DNA from: an uncultured Gammaproteobacteria bacterium
GTDB taxonomy: Bacteria; Pseudomonadota; Gammaproteobacteria; UBA6002
Reading direction: 5' to 3'
NCBI GenBank assembly: GCA_963705725.1
Contig: CAVPKM010000011.1
Span: 1 to 58,568 of the forward strand
DNA length: 58,568 nucleotides
In this document: positions 9,585 to 21,226 of the stretch, piece by piece
Layout of the letters: each line of letters opens with the position of its first letter
How positions within the stretch are numbered: position 1 is the first letter of the stretch
Translations under genes and position numbers: made by a program
The notes under the pieces: model-generated
What the model was told of the DNA's origin: nothing
The model's database searches: none
Seen by the model: the letters and a program-made list of their open reading frames with translations, nothing else

Positions 9585-10475
9585 ATGGACAATAATAAAA
9601 ATTCAATTGCTCTTATTGGTTATTCGTCTGGAATTGGGGCGGGAGTGATCGACTGCCAAAAAGGAGCCTCGAAACTTTATGCCTCTCACCAACTGGATGA
9701 AACGAAATTTCATTGGATCAATTTTCTGAGTCCAATAGAAAACAAAACTCAACAAGCAGCGCTTTCAGCAGTTGGCGAACTCAATTACCGCCTAGCAAAC
9801 ATTACAAACCGCTTAAGCAGCGATGGTCAATTTTTCGTTACCATCGGAGGAGATCACAGCTCTGCAATTGGCACCTGGAGCGGAGTAGCGACATCGATTT
9901 CCCCCTCACCATTAGGATTAATTTGGATTGATGCTCATCTTGATAGTCACACCATGGAAACCACACCAAGTGGCAATATTCATGGCATGCCACTAGCCGT
10001 CTTATTGGGCTACGGGGAACATGTTCTCACTGATCTGCTTTCTCCTCAAGTAAAACTCTTACCTCAAAATGTTTGCGTAGTCGGTGTACGCAGCTATGAG
10101 GCGGAAGAACAAGCATTACTGAATAAAATTGGGGTAAAAATAATTTATATGCATGAAATATATGAAAAAGGTATTGCTTTTGCATTAAATGAAGCAGTCA
10201 ACCATGTGACTAAATACACTCAGCACTTTGGAATCAGTTTTGATCTGGACGCCATTGACCCGAAAGAAGCCCCTGGAGTTGGCACACCCGAGCCCCAAGG
10301 AATCATTTGGCAAGAATTTTTTGAAGGATTTAACTCTCTTTCCAAGAGCCCTAAGTTAATTGGAGCAGAAATTGTAGAATTTAATCCAAGCAGAGATAGA
10401 GACCATAAGACAGAAACCCTCATTGTTTCCTTATTAAATCAACTCTATACCAATCAAATCAGGAAGAGAGCATGA
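9585..10475 (+). CDS. rocF: Arginase
   Basis: GGDHS, DAHLD, SGNIHGMP, SFDLDAIDP and EFNP motifs. Confidence 0.93.
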   Translation: MDNNKNSIALIGYSSGIGAGVIDCQKGASKLYASHQLDETKFHWINFLSPIENKTQQAALSAVGELNYRLANITNRLSSDGQFFVTIGGDHSSAIGTWSGVATSISPSPLGLIWIDAHLDSHTMETTPSGNIHGMPLAVLLGYGEHVLTDLLSPQVKLLPQNVCVVGVRSYEAEEQALLNKIGVKIIYMHEIYEKGIAFALNEAVNHVTKYTQHFGISFDLDAIDPKEAPGVGTPEPQGIIWQEFFEGFNSLSKSPKLIGAEIVEFNPSRDRDHKTETLIVSLLNQLYTNQIRKRA

Positions 10476-11677
10476 GTGAAAATCAAGCAATCATAGACTT
10501 AGAAGCCCAATATAGCGCTCAAAACTATCTTCCCCTACCCGTTGTGTTAAGTCAGGGAAGAGGCGTGTATCTTTGGGATATAGAAGGCAAGAAATATATT
10601 GATATGATGAGCGCTTACTCCGCCGTCAGCCATGGACATTGTCATCCGAAATTAGTTCAAGCCTTGAACGATCAAGCAAAAAAATTAGCCGTCATTTCTC
10701 GAGCTTTTTATAGCGAAAGGCTGGGTGTATTTCTTAAAAAGGCTTGCACTTTAACTGGATTTGACCGTGCTCTTCCCATGAACTCCGGCACTGAAGGAGT
10801 CGAAACTGCCATTAAGGCAGCGCGCAAATGGGGATATACCTTTAAAGGTATTCCACAAAATGAAGCGGAGATTATTGTCTGTGAAGGAAATTTCCATGGT
10901 CGAAGCACAACGATTGTCAGTTTTTCATCAGAAAGACAATACCGTTTTGGTTTTGGTCCATTTACTCCTGGCTTCAAAATTATTCCTTATAACGACCCTA
11001 TTGCACTCGAAAATAGCATCACGCCTAATACTGCTGCCTTTTTAGTCGAACCCATTCAAGGTGAAGCAGGCATCAGGATCCCCACTCCTGGATATCTCAA
11101 AAAATGCGAAGAAATATGCAAAAAAAATAACATATTATTTCTTATCGATGAAATTCAGACTGGCTTAGGGAGAACCGGCAAGCTACTGGCCTGTCAACAT
11201 GATAATGCGACACCTGATGGCATCATTCTTGGCAAGGCCTTAGGCGGTGGTCTGCTGCCAATTTCTTTATTTTTAAGTCGTAAAGCGGTAATGGATGTTT
11301 TTACCCCAGGCGATCATGGCAGCACTTTTGGCGGCAACCCACTTGCTGCAGCAGTGGGCCTAGCGGCACTAGAAACGCTTATTGATGAATCATTGATCGA
11401 AAATTCGAAAGTCTTAGGAGAATATTTTTTAAATAAACTACTTACTCTTAACCATTCAATTATTAAGGAAATACGCGGCAGAGGACTTTTCATTGGAATT
11501 GAGATTGAGTGTCAAGAAATCACTGCACGAGACATCTGTTTAAAATTAATGGAAAGGGGTCTTCTCACCAAGGACACCCATAGCACAATAATCCGCCTAG
11601 CGCCCCCTCTTATCATTAACCAGGAACAAATTGACGAAGCTTTTACAGTAATCGAAGAAGTATTAAAAGAAGTATAG
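10472..11677 (+). CDS. rocD: Ornithine--oxo-acid aminotransferase
   Basis: Class III PLP aminotransferase (DEIQTGLGRTG, GKALGGG, HGSTFGGNPLA); ATGA overlap with arginase. Confidence 0.93.
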   Translation: MSENQAIIDLEAQYSAQNYLPLPVVLSQGRGVYLWDIEGKKYIDMMSAYSAVSHGHCHPKLVQALNDQAKKLAVISRAFYSERLGVFLKKACTLTGFDRALPMNSGTEGVETAIKAARKWGYTFKGIPQNEAEIIVCEGNFHGRSTTIVSFSSERQYRFGFGPFTPGFKIIPYNDPIALENSITPNTAAFLVEPIQGEAGIRIPTPGYLKKCEEICKKNNILFLIDEIQTGLGRTGKLLACQHDNATPDGIILGKALGGGLLPISLFLSRKAVMDVFTPGDHGSTFGGNPLAAAVGLAALETLIDESLIENSKVLGEYFLNKLLTLNHSIIKEIRGRGLFIGIEIECQEITARDICLKLMERGLLTKDTHSTIIRLAPPLIINQEQIDEAFTVIEEVLKEV

Positions 11678-11683
11678 CGCCAA

Positions 11684-11712
11684 GAGGTAGGTTTTAATCT
11701 TAAACCTACCTC
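11684..11712. terminator. Hairpin, probable bidirectional terminator
   Basis: GAGGTAGGTTT-7 nt-AAACCTACCTC, an 11-bp perfect stem directly after rocD. Confidence 0.65.
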
Positions 11713-11716
11713 AGGC

Positions 11717-11881
11717 CTATCGTTTCAACAAGAAAGTTTGTACTGTTATCTCAGATAACAACTGTGAAGAAAATGAACTAGAGGTTGAAGTAAAATTAAA
11801 ACTGGCGAATGCACACATGGAAACCTGATGGCAAGATCTCAACACCACTTGTCTACTGCTTGATCTTTTTGTTTTTTCCAT
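11717..11881 (-). CDS. Possible 54-aa small protein
   Basis: ATG preceded by GAAGGT; ends just before the 11684-11712 hairpin; no recognisable family. Confidence 0.25.
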   Translation of the reverse strand: MEKTKRSSSRQVVLRSCHQVSMCAFASFNFTSTSSSFSSQLLSEITVQTFLLKR

Positions 11882-11967
11882 GATACCTTCATCTTTTTCA
11901 ATTCCACTAATACTAAGTCTAACACGTCGATCAATTAATTCAAGAAATAATTATTGTAAAACAATAA

Positions 11968-12564
11968 CTATTTACTGAATGACAAAAAATACAGCTTTAA
12001 TCCATGAAGCAGCATTTCTACGGCAACTGTCGTAAGCAGCATGCCCATCAAGCGCTCCATGGCTAAAATACCGCGAGAACCGAGCAGCTTCATAATATAA
12101 CGTGATAGCAGCATAATAATGACAAAAACCGTCGCAGCAATAACGACGGCAACAAACCACAAACCCATTTTATGCGGCTCTTGGGTAGCAAATAGCAAAA
12201 CTGTTGCGAGCGCAGAAGGACCGGCCGTTAAGGGAATGGCAAGCGGAACAATAAAGGGTTCTCCTACATATCTCTCTTGAGATTTATTTTCTTCACTAGG
12301 AAAAATCATTTTAATGGTAATGAGGAACAGGATAATTCCGCCTGACATGGAAAGAGCCGGTTCGGTGATGTTTAAATGATGCAAGATGCTACCGCCAAAG
12401 AATAAGAAAATGGTTAGGATGAGAAAAGCAATCAAAGTCTCGCGCAAAATAATTATTTTTTGACGATTTGGGTCAATTCCCTTCAAAGTATTGATGAAAA
12501 TTGGGATATTGCCCAACGGATCCATTACTAATATCAACGTTATTGCGGCTGTATATAATGTCAT
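11968..12564 (-). CDS. MarC-family integral membrane protein (YhgN-like)
   Basis: MDPLGNIPIF, PFIVPLAIPLTAGP and ERLMGMLL motifs. Confidence 0.92.
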   Translation of the reverse strand: MTLYTAAITLILVMDPLGNIPIFINTLKGIDPNRQKIIILRETLIAFLILTIFLFFGGSILHHLNITEPALSMSGGIILFLITIKMIFPSEENKSQERYVGEPFIVPLAIPLTAGPSALATVLLFATQEPHKMGLWFVAVVIAATVFVIIMLLSRYIMKLLGSRGILAMERLMGMLLTTVAVEMLLHGLKLYFLSFSK

Positions 12565-13706
12565 ACAACCATAACCTTCATTAATTGATTTTTTTCAATA
12601 ATTTTTTTTCCTGTTAAAGCAAACCCACATAGATGTTGCATTTGATCATAATACAAAGCCCTAAGATCATTCCCTTCTCCTTCAATTTGCCATTCCCCTA
12701 ATAAATTTCGAGGAGGGGCAGCAATGACAATGGGGCAAGAGGGGGTTTTTAATGTCGCTGACATCACAGAATAAACAACAGGGGTGGGATCACCTGTTAA
12801 GGTTTTTGCCAAAGCGTCGACACATTGTAGCAAAGGCGCGACAAAGAACAGTACCTGGCCAGCTACTTCGGCACAATCGCCTAGCGCATAAATATCTGGC
12901 GAGCTAGTTTGTAGGTTTGCATCTACCCAAATTCCATAATTGGTTTTTAAGCCAGCTGATTTTGCTAATTCAATATTGGGATTCAACCCAATCGCAGACA
13001 TGACCACGTCTACTTCCAGTGAAGCTTGATCCGACAAGGTCAAACGATAACCTTTTTCAGACTTATTGATTTCACAGGCAAGCTGGCCAAAATGCCATTG
13101 CACGCCCCTTTCTTTAAAATTATTTTCTAATAGTCTGCCTATTTTTTCTGGCAAGAATCGTTGCAATGGATAATAGGCAGGATCAATCACATGCACTTCA
13201 TGACCAGTATTGATTAGGTCATTTGCAAATTCGCAGCCAACTAAACCCGCACCTAAAATTGCAATCTTTTTTTTCCCGGCTATTACTTCGCAAAAACGTG
13301 AATAATCCTCTAAATTATTGACGGATAATATCTCACCCACTGCATTACCAAGAAGCGGGGGGGAAATCACCGTAGACCCTGTCGCAATGACTAATTTATC
13401 ATATGAAAGCCTATTATCTGGCCACTCAACGTGCTTGCTTTCAATATCAACCCGTGTGATTTTTGTTGCAACATGGATGGTAGCATTGAGCTGACTGGCC
13501 ATACTAGCTGCATCAAAGGTTGCTATTTTAGAGACTTCTCTTTTTGCCGTTAATGAAGTTGAGAGAAGCGGTTTAGAATAAAACGCTCCTTCATCCAGCG
13601 TGAATAAAACCAACGCGCTCAAGCAATCCAGTTTTCTAAATTCTTTTGCCAGCATGTAGCCGGCAAGGCCTGTGCCAATAATGATAACTGTCTGTTTCTT
13701 CAACAA
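12561..13706 (-). CDS. FAD-dependent NAD(P)H oxidoreductase, rubredoxin reductase-like
   Basis: IIGTGLAG, YSKPLLS, GAGLVGCEFANDL, YALGDCAE and KTP motifs. Confidence 0.85.
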   Translation of the reverse strand: MLKKQTVIIIGTGLAGYMLAKEFRKLDCLSALVLFTLDEGAFYSKPLLSTSLTAKREVSKIATFDAASMASQLNATIHVATKITRVDIESKHVEWPDNRLSYDKLVIATGSTVISPPLLGNAVGEILSVNNLEDYSRFCEVIAGKKKIAILGAGLVGCEFANDLINTGHEVHVIDPAYYPLQRFLPEKIGRLLENNFKERGVQWHFGQLACEINKSEKGYRLTLSDQASLEVDVVMSAIGLNPNIELAKSAGLKTNYGIWVDANLQTSSPDIYALGDCAEVAGQVLFFVAPLLQCVDALAKTLTGDPTPVVYSVMSATLKTPSCPIVIAAPPRNLLGEWQIEGEGNDLRALYYDQMQHLCGFALTGKKIIEKNQLMKVMVV

Positions 13707-14773
13707 GTTTCAATCCCTTCTAAATGAAATTTTCGACTTAGCTCATGGACTGCATCGACGAGAACTTTAACATGTTCAGGAGGAACATCAGGAGAAATAC
13801 CATGACCCAAATTGAAAATATGGCCATTATTTGAACCTACCGCCTGCAAAATTTTTTTTACTTCCTCGACAATGCGACTTGGTGAAGCATAGAGCACTGC
13901 TGGATCTAAATTGCCTTGGATTGCAGCGCGATTTTGAATCCTTTTTCTGGCTTCTTTTATGTCGGTGGTCCAATCTAACCCAATGCCATCTGCCCCGCTG
14001 GTCACTATTTTTTCTAACCATTGTCCACCATTTTTAGTGAATAATAGGATAGGAATCGCTTCATAACGACATTTGATAAATTGAATAATTTCTGTCATTG
14101 AGGCAAGAGAAAAATTGCTATAATCATCGGGTGATAACAATCCGCCCCAGGTGTCAAAAAGCATGAGCACATCGGCCCCCGCTTGAATCTGCGCCTCAAG
14201 ATAAAGACTTACCGCCTGAGTTAATTTTGCTAACAAAAGCTTAAGTGCATTTTCTTCTTGGTAACGAAATTTTTTTATGGCATTAAATTGTTTACTGCTC
14301 CCCCCTTCAAGCATATAGGTGGCAAGCGTCCAAGGACTTCCTGAAAATCCAATGAGTGGAACTTTTCCGCCCAGCGCTTGTTTGGCAAGCTTAATTGCTT
14401 CCATCACATAATTTAATTCTGCTAAATTCAATGGTGGCAAGGCGGTGATGTCTTTGAGGCATTGTATTTTGCGATGAAAACGTGGCCCTTCATTATTTTC
14501 AAAAGATAATCCTAAACCCAATGCATCCGGAATAGTCAAGATATCTGAAAAGATAATGGCAGCATCTAAATCATATCTTTTTATCGGTTGCAAAGTAGCC
14601 TCACAAGCTAAATCGGGTGTCTTACATAAATTCAAAAAAGATTTTGCCCTTGTCCTAAGCGCTTGATATTCAGGCAGATATCTTCCTGCTTGCCGCATAA
14701 TCCATACAGGAGTCATATCCACTGGTTTCCTAGCAAGCGCCTGAATAAAACGTGAATTTTTAATTTCTGTCAT
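13700..14773 (-). CDS. hemE: Uroporphyrinogen decarboxylase
   Basis: PVWIMRQAGRYLPEY, FSDIL, QGNLDP and FNLGHG motifs. Confidence 0.97.
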   Translation of the reverse strand: MTEIKNSRFIQALARKPVDMTPVWIMRQAGRYLPEYQALRTRAKSFLNLCKTPDLACEATLQPIKRYDLDAAIIFSDILTIPDALGLGLSFENNEGPRFHRKIQCLKDITALPPLNLAELNYVMEAIKLAKQALGGKVPLIGFSGSPWTLATYMLEGGSSKQFNAIKKFRYQEENALKLLLAKLTQAVSLYLEAQIQAGADVLMLFDTWGGLLSPDDYSNFSLASMTEIIQFIKCRYEAIPILLFTKNGGQWLEKIVTSGADGIGLDWTTDIKEARKRIQNRAAIQGNLDPAVLYASPSRIVEEVKKILQAVGSNNGHIFNLGHGISPDVPPEHVKVLVDAVHELSRKFHLEGIETC

Positions 14774-14875
14774 TTTTCATTTTCCCTAGCGGCGACTTTT
14801 TGGGTATAATTGATAATTTGTAAAACAGTAACTGCTTAGCCTGTGCTGAATAGTTACCCTAACATAAGTATCATC

Positions 14876-16464
14876 ATGTCTGAGTTCTTATCTCAAATCA
14901 ATAAACGCAGAACTTTTGCTATTATCTCACACCCCGATGCAGGAAAAACTACGCTAACTGAAAAACTCCTGCTTTTCGGCGGCGCCATACAACTTGCTGG
15001 AACTGTCAAGGGTCGAAAAGCTTCGAGGCATGCGACTTCAGATTGGATGGAGCTTGAAAAACAACGGGGTATTTCAGTTACTACCTCCGTAATGCAATTT
15101 CCTTATCAAGACTGCATTATCAACTTACTCGATACTCCTGGGCATGAGGATTTCTCTGAAGACACTTACCGAACGCTCACAGCAGTTGACTCAGCCTTAA
15201 TGGTTATTGACGCAGCTAAGGGTGTAGAACCAAGAACAATCAAGCTGCTTGAAGTCTGTCGTTTAAGAAATATCCCTATTCTCACGTTCATTAATAAAAT
15301 GGACCGGGAAACACAAGACCCTTTAGCACTTTTAGATGAAATTGAAAAGATATTAAAAATACAATGCGCTCCTATCACCTGGCCGCTTGGAATGGGCAAA
15401 AGCTTTCTTGGCGTTTACCACCTATTAAACAATGAATTCCATTTCTATGAGCATGGCCAAAACAAGAAAGCCAGCCTAGGTGAAAATATTAAAGACTTAC
15501 AAGGTGAAGCGTTAACTCGAAGGCTTGGCGATGCAGCCAAGACATTACGTGAAGAAATTGACTTAGTGGCAGGCGCTAGCCATCCGTTTGAAAAAGAAAG
15601 CTATCTTGCCGGCAAACTTACGCCCGTTTTCTTTGGATCCGCCATGAATAATTTTGGGGTGAAAGACTGTTTAGATACACTTGTTGAATATGCCCCCTGC
15701 ACACAAGAAAGACCAACCACTTCTCGCACCATCCTACCATCTGAATCTAATTTCAGTGGTTTTGTATTTAAAATACAGGCGAACATGATCCAGCTCATCG
15801 CGATCGCATTGCCTTTTTACGTGTCTGCTCAGGCAAATATGAGAAAGGCATGAAAATTCGGCATGTTCGCATTAAGCGTGATGTCCAGATTAATAATGCA
15901 CTGACTTTTATGGCGGGAGATCGCGAGCATATTGAAGAAGCCTATCCTGGAGATATTATAGGGCTACATAATCATGGCACAATTCAAATTGGTGATACCT
16001 TCACTCAAGGCGAAGAACTACAGTTTATCGGCATCCCCTACTTTGCGCCTGAAATTTTTAAACGCGTAAGATTAAATGATCCACTTAAGCTCAAAGCTTT
16101 ACAGAAAGGACTACAACAATTATCTGAAGAGGGGGCTACTCAGTTTTTTAAACCGCTCCACTCTAACGATCTGATTCTAGGCGCGATAGGCGTATTACAA
16201 TTTGATGTGGTAGCCTATCGGTTAAAAAACGAATATAACGTTGAGTGCAAGTATGAAGAAGCATCCATTGCTACCGCTCGATGGATTAATTCCGAGAACA
16301 AAAAAAAACTAGAAGAATTCAAACAACATCTTGGACATCACCTAGCCCTTGACGTGAGTAATAATTTAATTTACCTCGCGCCCACATTCATCAATTTAAA
16401 TTTAACCCAAGAACGTTGGCCGGAAATTTGCTTCCATGCTACGAAGGAGCACCTTACTCTATAG
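14876..16464 (+). pseudogene. prfC: Peptide chain release factor 3, split by a 1-nt frameshift (real lesion or sequencing error)
   Basis: [28 protein letters not shown]; AACATGATCCAGCTCATCGC at 15782-15801 needs one extra G to read NMDPAHR; C-terminal half intact in the second frame. Confidence 0.9.
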
Positions 16465-19278
16465 AAAAGCACTGAGATACTTACCTGTATAAGATTTTTT
16501 GTTCAAGGCGACTTCTTCTGGCGTACCGCAAGCAACAACTTTACCGCCCTTTGTTCCGCCTTCAGGTCCAAGATCAATAATCCAGTCTGCTGTTTTAATC
16601 ACATCTAAATTATGTTCGACGACAATAATGGTGTTCCCTTGATCTCTCAATTGATGCAAGACGGATAATAATTGATTAATATCATGAAAATGTAACCCCG
16701 TTGTTGGCTCATCCAAAATATATAACGTGTTACCTGTTCCCCGCTTGGAAAGCTCGCGTGCAAGTTTCACCCGCTGCGCCTCTCCTCCTGATAAGGTCGT
16801 TGCACTTTGACCCAAGGAAAGGTAGCTTAACCCAACATCAATCAAGGTTTGAAGCTTTCGCGCAACCTGTGGAATGTGATCAAAAAATTGACGCGCCTCT
16901 TCCACCGTCATGGCTAATACTTCGTAGATGTTTTTATCTTTGAATCGCATATCGAGGGTTTCTCGATTATAACGCTGTCCTTTGCAGACATCACAGGTCA
17001 CATAGACATCTGCCAAAAAATGCATTTCTACCTTAATTACCCCCTCTCCCTCGCAAGCCTCACAACGACCACCACTGACATTAAAGCTGAATCTACCCGG
17101 CGTATATCCTCTCGAACGTGCTTCTTGCGTACCTGCAAATATTTCGCGAATCGGCGTGAAAAGTCCGGTATAAGTTGCAGGATTAGAGCGCGGGGTACGG
17201 CCGATTGGACTTTGATCTATGTCCACAACCTTATCCAGAAACCCGAGACCCGTAATTGTTTTAAATGGCCCTGGTTCTGGCATGGTCGCTCTATTTAATT
17301 CAATCGCAGCCAAGGGATAGAGTGTATCGTTGATCAAACTAGATTTTCCTGATCCAGACACGCCGGTTATACAGGTCATCAGTCCTACTGGTATTTCCAC
17401 ATCTATATTTTTTAAATTATTGCAAGTTACCCCTTTTAAACGTAAGACACGTTTAAAATCAAATGGCTGCCTTTCTTTCGGCGTAGGGATAGAAAGTTTT
17501 CCTGATAAATATTGACCGGTTAAAGATTTGGGATTGCTAATCACTTCTTTTGGCGTGCCAACTGCAATCACCCTTCCTCCATGAACTCCTGCTCCTGGCC
17601 CAATATCCACAACATAATCTGCATGACGTATCGCATCTTCATCATGTTCGACGACAATCACGGTGTTACCTAAATTGCGCAAACGAACCAAGGTTTGAAG
17701 CAAGCGATCATTATCTCTTTGGTGCAATCCTATTGAAGGTTCATCTAAAATATACATGACCCCGACCAATCCTGATCCAATTTGACTCGCCAATCGAATA
17801 CGTTGCGTTTCACCTCCTGATAAGGTATCAGCACTCCGGCTTAGACTTAAATACTCCAGCCCAACGCTTAGCAAAAAATGTAGCCTTGCTTCAATTTCTT
17901 TTAATATTTTTTGAGCAATCTTTCCTCGGCTACCAATTAGCTTCGTTTTTTTAAAAAATTTACATGCCTCGTCAATCGACATATTAGATATATCTGGAAG
18001 ACTTTTATCAGCAACAAAGACATTTCTTGCTTCACGCTTCAGACGACTGCCCGCGCACTCATCACAAGCGCTGGTGGTAAGATAACGCCCGAGTTCTTCA
18101 CGCACTTGAGCAGACTCTGTTTCATGGTATCGTCTTTCCATATTTGGAAGGACACCTTCAAAAGGATGAATTTTATGAACAGTCTTATTTTTTTCACTGA
18201 CAAAACAAAAATCGATTTCTTCTTCGCCACTCCCATATAACAGAGTCTGCTTGATTCGTGAGCTGAGATTTTTAAAAGGTATGTCAATATCGAACTGATA
18301 GTGATTAGCCAACGACTTTAATAATTGAAAAAAATAGAAATTTCGTCGATCCCATCCCCTGATCGCACCTTCAGCTAAACTCAAGGTTTCATCTGTGATC
18401 ACTCTATTTTTGTCAAAAAATTGCTTAACACCCAATCCATTACAACTCGCACAAGCTCCTGCAGGATTATTAAACGAAAAAAATCGGGGTTCTAATTCTG
18501 AAATACTATAACCGCATAATGAGCAAGCGTAATTCGCTGAAAAAATTTTTTCATCACCCACTCCCTCGATATATGCAACTTTGGCAATACCTTCTGCTAG
18601 CTTAAGTGCCGTTTCGAAAGATTCGGTTAATCGTAACCTTAAATCACTTCTTACCTTAATACGATCAACAATCACTTCTATCGTGTGTTTTTTTCTCAAT
18701 TCTAATTTTGGTGGCTGATCTAGTTCTTCGATTTTCCCATTGATACGCGCCCTAACAAAACCTTGCCTAAGTAACTGATCGATTAACTGCAGATGTTCCC
18801 CCTTACGATCCTGCACGACCGGCGCTAGCAACATCAGCTTAGTGCCTTCTGGCAATGCCAAAACGGCATCAACCATTTGACTGATTGTTTGAGCTTGTAA
18901 GGGTAGGTGATGATCTGGACAGCGCGGCTCTCCGACTCTTGCAAAGAGAAGTCGAAGATAATCATAAATTTCAGTGATGGTGCCAACAGTTGATCGAGGA
19001 TTATGAGAAACAGCTTTCTGCTCAATGGAAATGGCTGGAGATAAGCCTTCTATATGATCAACATCAGGCTTTTCCATCATCGAGAGAAATTGTCTTGCAT
19101 AGGCCGACAGGGATTCGACGTAACGCCTTTGCCCCTCGGCATAAAGTGTATCAAAAGCAAGAGATGACTTACCTGATCCTGAAAGACCGGTAATGACAAC
19201 CAGTTTGTTCCGTGGTAAATCTATATCAATATTTTTGAGATTATGGGTGCGAGCACCTCGAATAGAAATATTTTCCAT
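16459..19278 (-). CDS. uvrA: Excinuclease ABC subunit A
   Basis: 939 aa; two Walker A motifs ([16 protein letters not shown]), LSGGE signatures, zinc fingers. Confidence 0.98.
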   Translation of the reverse strand: MENISIRGARTHNLKNIDIDLPRNKLVVITGLSGSGKSSLAFDTLYAEGQRRYVESLSAYARQFLSMMEKPDVDHIEGLSPAISIEQKAVSHNPRSTVGTITEIYDYLRLLFARVGEPRCPDHHLPLQAQTISQMVDAVLALPEGTKLMLLAPVVQDRKGEHLQLIDQLLRQGFVRARINGKIEELDQPPKLELRKKHTIEVIVDRIKVRSDLRLRLTESFETALKLAEGIAKVAYIEGVGDEKIFSANYACSLCGYSISELEPRFFSFNNPAGACASCNGLGVKQFFDKNRVITDETLSLAEGAIRGWDRRNFYFFQLLKSLANHYQFDIDIPFKNLSSRIKQTLLYGSGEEEIDFCFVSEKNKTVHKIHPFEGVLPNMERRYHETESAQVREELGRYLTTSACDECAGSRLKREARNVFVADKSLPDISNMSIDEACKFFKKTKLIGSRGKIAQKILKEIEARLHFLLSVGLEYLSLSRSADTLSGGETQRIRLASQIGSGLVGVMYILDEPSIGLHQRDNDRLLQTLVRLRNLGNTVIVVEHDEDAIRHADYVVDIGPGAGVHGGRVIAVGTPKEVISNPKSLTGQYLSGKLSIPTPKERQPFDFKRVLRLKGVTCNNLKNIDVEIPVGLMTCITGVSGSGKSSLINDTLYPLAAIELNRATMPEPGPFKTITGLGFLDKVVDIDQSPIGRTPRSNPATYTGLFTPIREIFAGTQEARSRGYTPGRFSFNVSGGRCEACEGEGVIKVEMHFLADVYVTCDVCKGQRYNRETLDMRFKDKNIYEVLAMTVEEARQFFDHIPQVARKLQTLIDVGLSYLSLGQSATTLSGGEAQRVKLARELSKRGTGNTLYILDEPTTGLHFHDINQLLSVLHQLRDQGNTIIVVEHNLDVIKTADWIIDLGPEGGTKGGKVVACGTPEEVALNKKSYTGKYLSAFL

Positions 19279-19370
19279 ATCGTATCAACTTTTACAAAAG
19301 GTAACAACTTGCTCTAGATGGAGCAAATACGCTAACATATATCCATTTTTTTAGCAAATTGGAGTCCCGC

Positions 19371-20561
19371 ATGGGTGAAAGTAGAGCCGTGCTATTTTTA
19401 GCTTCGATACTATCATTTCGTATGCTAGGATTATTTATCATTTATCCTGTATTTGCTATCTATGCGCCCTCATACCAACATGCTAATGTTACTTTAATCG
19501 GCATAGCACTTGGCATATATGGCTTAAGCCAAGCACTGATGCAATTGCCATTGAGTATATTATCTGATCGAATTGGCCGCAAACCTGTTATCTATTTTGG
19601 ATTAATCTTATTTGCATTAGGCAGCTTTCTTGCTGGTCTAGCGCATAACATTTATCTATTAATCATTGGCCGATGCTTACAAGGTACGGGAGCGATAGGA
19701 AGCACATTGATGGCCTTTTGTGCTGACCTCACCACGCCTAAAAATAGAACTAAGGCAATGGCCCTGCTCGGCATGACAATTGGACTGTCCTTTGCGCTGG
19801 CAATCGTGCTCGGCCCGCTGCTTAATCACTGGTTCAACCTAAGCGGCATATTCTTTCTAACAGGAGCTAGCGCCATCCTTGGATTACTGTTGCTCAGCGC
19901 CCTACCAAAACTCCAGACCCCCACACCTAACAATTACTTCACACTTGCTGCACTACAGCCACTTTTTAGCAATAAAAATCTTCTTACCCTCAACATCAGC
20001 ATTCTACTCGCTCATGCCTTTTTAACGGCGCTTTTTTCTATTGTTCCCTTACTGTTAACAACCAGCTTTGCCAGTTACGCTCAATGGAAAATTTATATCC
20101 CAATCTTACTCATTGCTTTTTCTTTAACCATGCCAATTCTTCTCTTTGCAGAACGCAAACAACAAACTAAACAATTAATTGCTATCAGCTTTCTTCTTAT
20201 GACACTTGCAGCGTTAACCTTGAGATTGAGCACACCCTCTCTTGCTATTCTTCTATTTGCCTTGCTCTGTTTTTTCATCGGTTTTACTATCCTAGAAGCG
20301 CTCCTACCCTCCCTCATTTCAAAAATCACTGCCTCTGCACATAAAGGAGCAGCAATGGGTATTTTTTCTACTTTTCAATTTTCGGGAATTTTTATAGGCG
20401 GCTTACTATCAGGAATGATTCGCGCGCATTACTCAAATAGCCATTTATTTAGCCTGATCAGCTTGCTATCTGCAAGCTGGGCTTTGATTGTATTCTTTTA
20501 TTATTCTGAACAAGCTATTTTTGGCTCAATTTCATTACCCTTGGAAGAAGAATTGAAATGA
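19371..20561 (+). CDS. MFS transporter (YajR-like)
   Basis: About 12 hydrophobic segments; LSDRIGRK motif A; lies between uvrA and ssb. Confidence 0.9.
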   Translation: MGESRAVLFLASILSFRMLGLFIIYPVFAIYAPSYQHANVTLIGIALGIYGLSQALMQLPLSILSDRIGRKPVIYFGLILFALGSFLAGLAHNIYLLIIGRCLQGTGAIGSTLMAFCADLTTPKNRTKAMALLGMTIGLSFALAIVLGPLLNHWFNLSGIFFLTGASAILGLLLLSALPKLQTPTPNNYFTLAALQPLFSNKNLLTLNISILLAHAFLTALFSIVPLLLTTSFASYAQWKIYIPILLIAFSLTMPILLFAERKQQTKQLIAISFLLMTLAALTLRLSTPSLAILLFALLCFFIGFTILEALLPSLISKITASAHKGAAMGIFSTFQFSGIFIGGLLSGMIRAHYSNSHLFSLISLLSASWALIVFFYYSEQAIFGSISLPLEEELK

Positions 20562-20679
20562 AGCTCATCCACTGTTGAAAAAAACTTGCAAGCTAATTCT
20601 TTCTGCGTTTCAATATCTTTTATTACACATTACAAACATACAGCATTTATAACACGATAGTAGATTAGGAGAGCAACAA

Positions 20680-21126
20680 ATGGCTAGAGGTGTCAATAAA
20701 GTTATCTTAATAGGTAATCTTGGAAATGATCCCGAGGTAAGATATACACCCAGCGGGAGTGCTGTAGCAAATGTTAATCTTGCCACCAGTGAAACATGGC
20801 GAGACAAACAATCGGGAGAATTAAAAGATAGGACAGAATGGCATCGAGCCGTTTTTTTCAATCGATTAGCTGAAATCGTAGGCGAATATTTACGAAAAGG
20901 CTCTAAAATTTATGTGGAAGGAACATTAAGAACACGCAAATGGACAGATAAAAATAATATCGAACGCTACACAACTGAAATCATCGCTAATGAAATGCAC
21001 ATTTTAGATAGCCGAAATGCTGATATCAACCCTCAGCAAATTCCAACTAATGAAGAGATAGACCACAGCCTTCCCCATCATGAGCCAACTTCACACGAAA
21101 ACTTTGATGATGATATTCCTTTTTAG
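20680..21126 (+). CDS. ssb: Single-stranded DNA-binding protein
   Basis: [20 protein letters not shown]-terminal DDDIPF. Confidence 0.98.
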   Translation: MARGVNKVILIGNLGNDPEVRYTPSGSAVANVNLATSETWRDKQSGELKDRTEWHRAVFFNRLAEIVGEYLRKGSKIYVEGTLRTRKWTDKNNIERYTTEIIANEMHILDSRNADINPQQIPTNEEIDHSLPHHEPTSHENFDDDIPF

Positions 21127-21154
21127 CTTAATGAATTTTTAAAGAACTAACAAA

Positions 21155-21182
21155 TTCCCAGGCCATCGCGGAGACCTGGGAA
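21155..21182. terminator. Hairpin between convergent ssb and orphan gene
   Basis: TTCCCAGG...CCTGGGAA 8-bp stem. Confidence 0.45.
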
Positions 21183-21226
21183 GCGTTAAAAGCTCTAGCT
21201 GCGTCAGAGCGCAAATAATTCAGCAG

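Noticed and set aside
9585-11677. Arginase-ornithine aminotransferase as a novel virulence module
   Set aside because: It is a well-known arginine catabolic pair with nothing atypical in sequence.
19279-19370. LexA SOS box upstream of uvrA
   Set aside because: No CTGT-N8-ACAG present; only a TTGCTC-N6-GAGCAA repeat (19309-19326) of unknown meaning.
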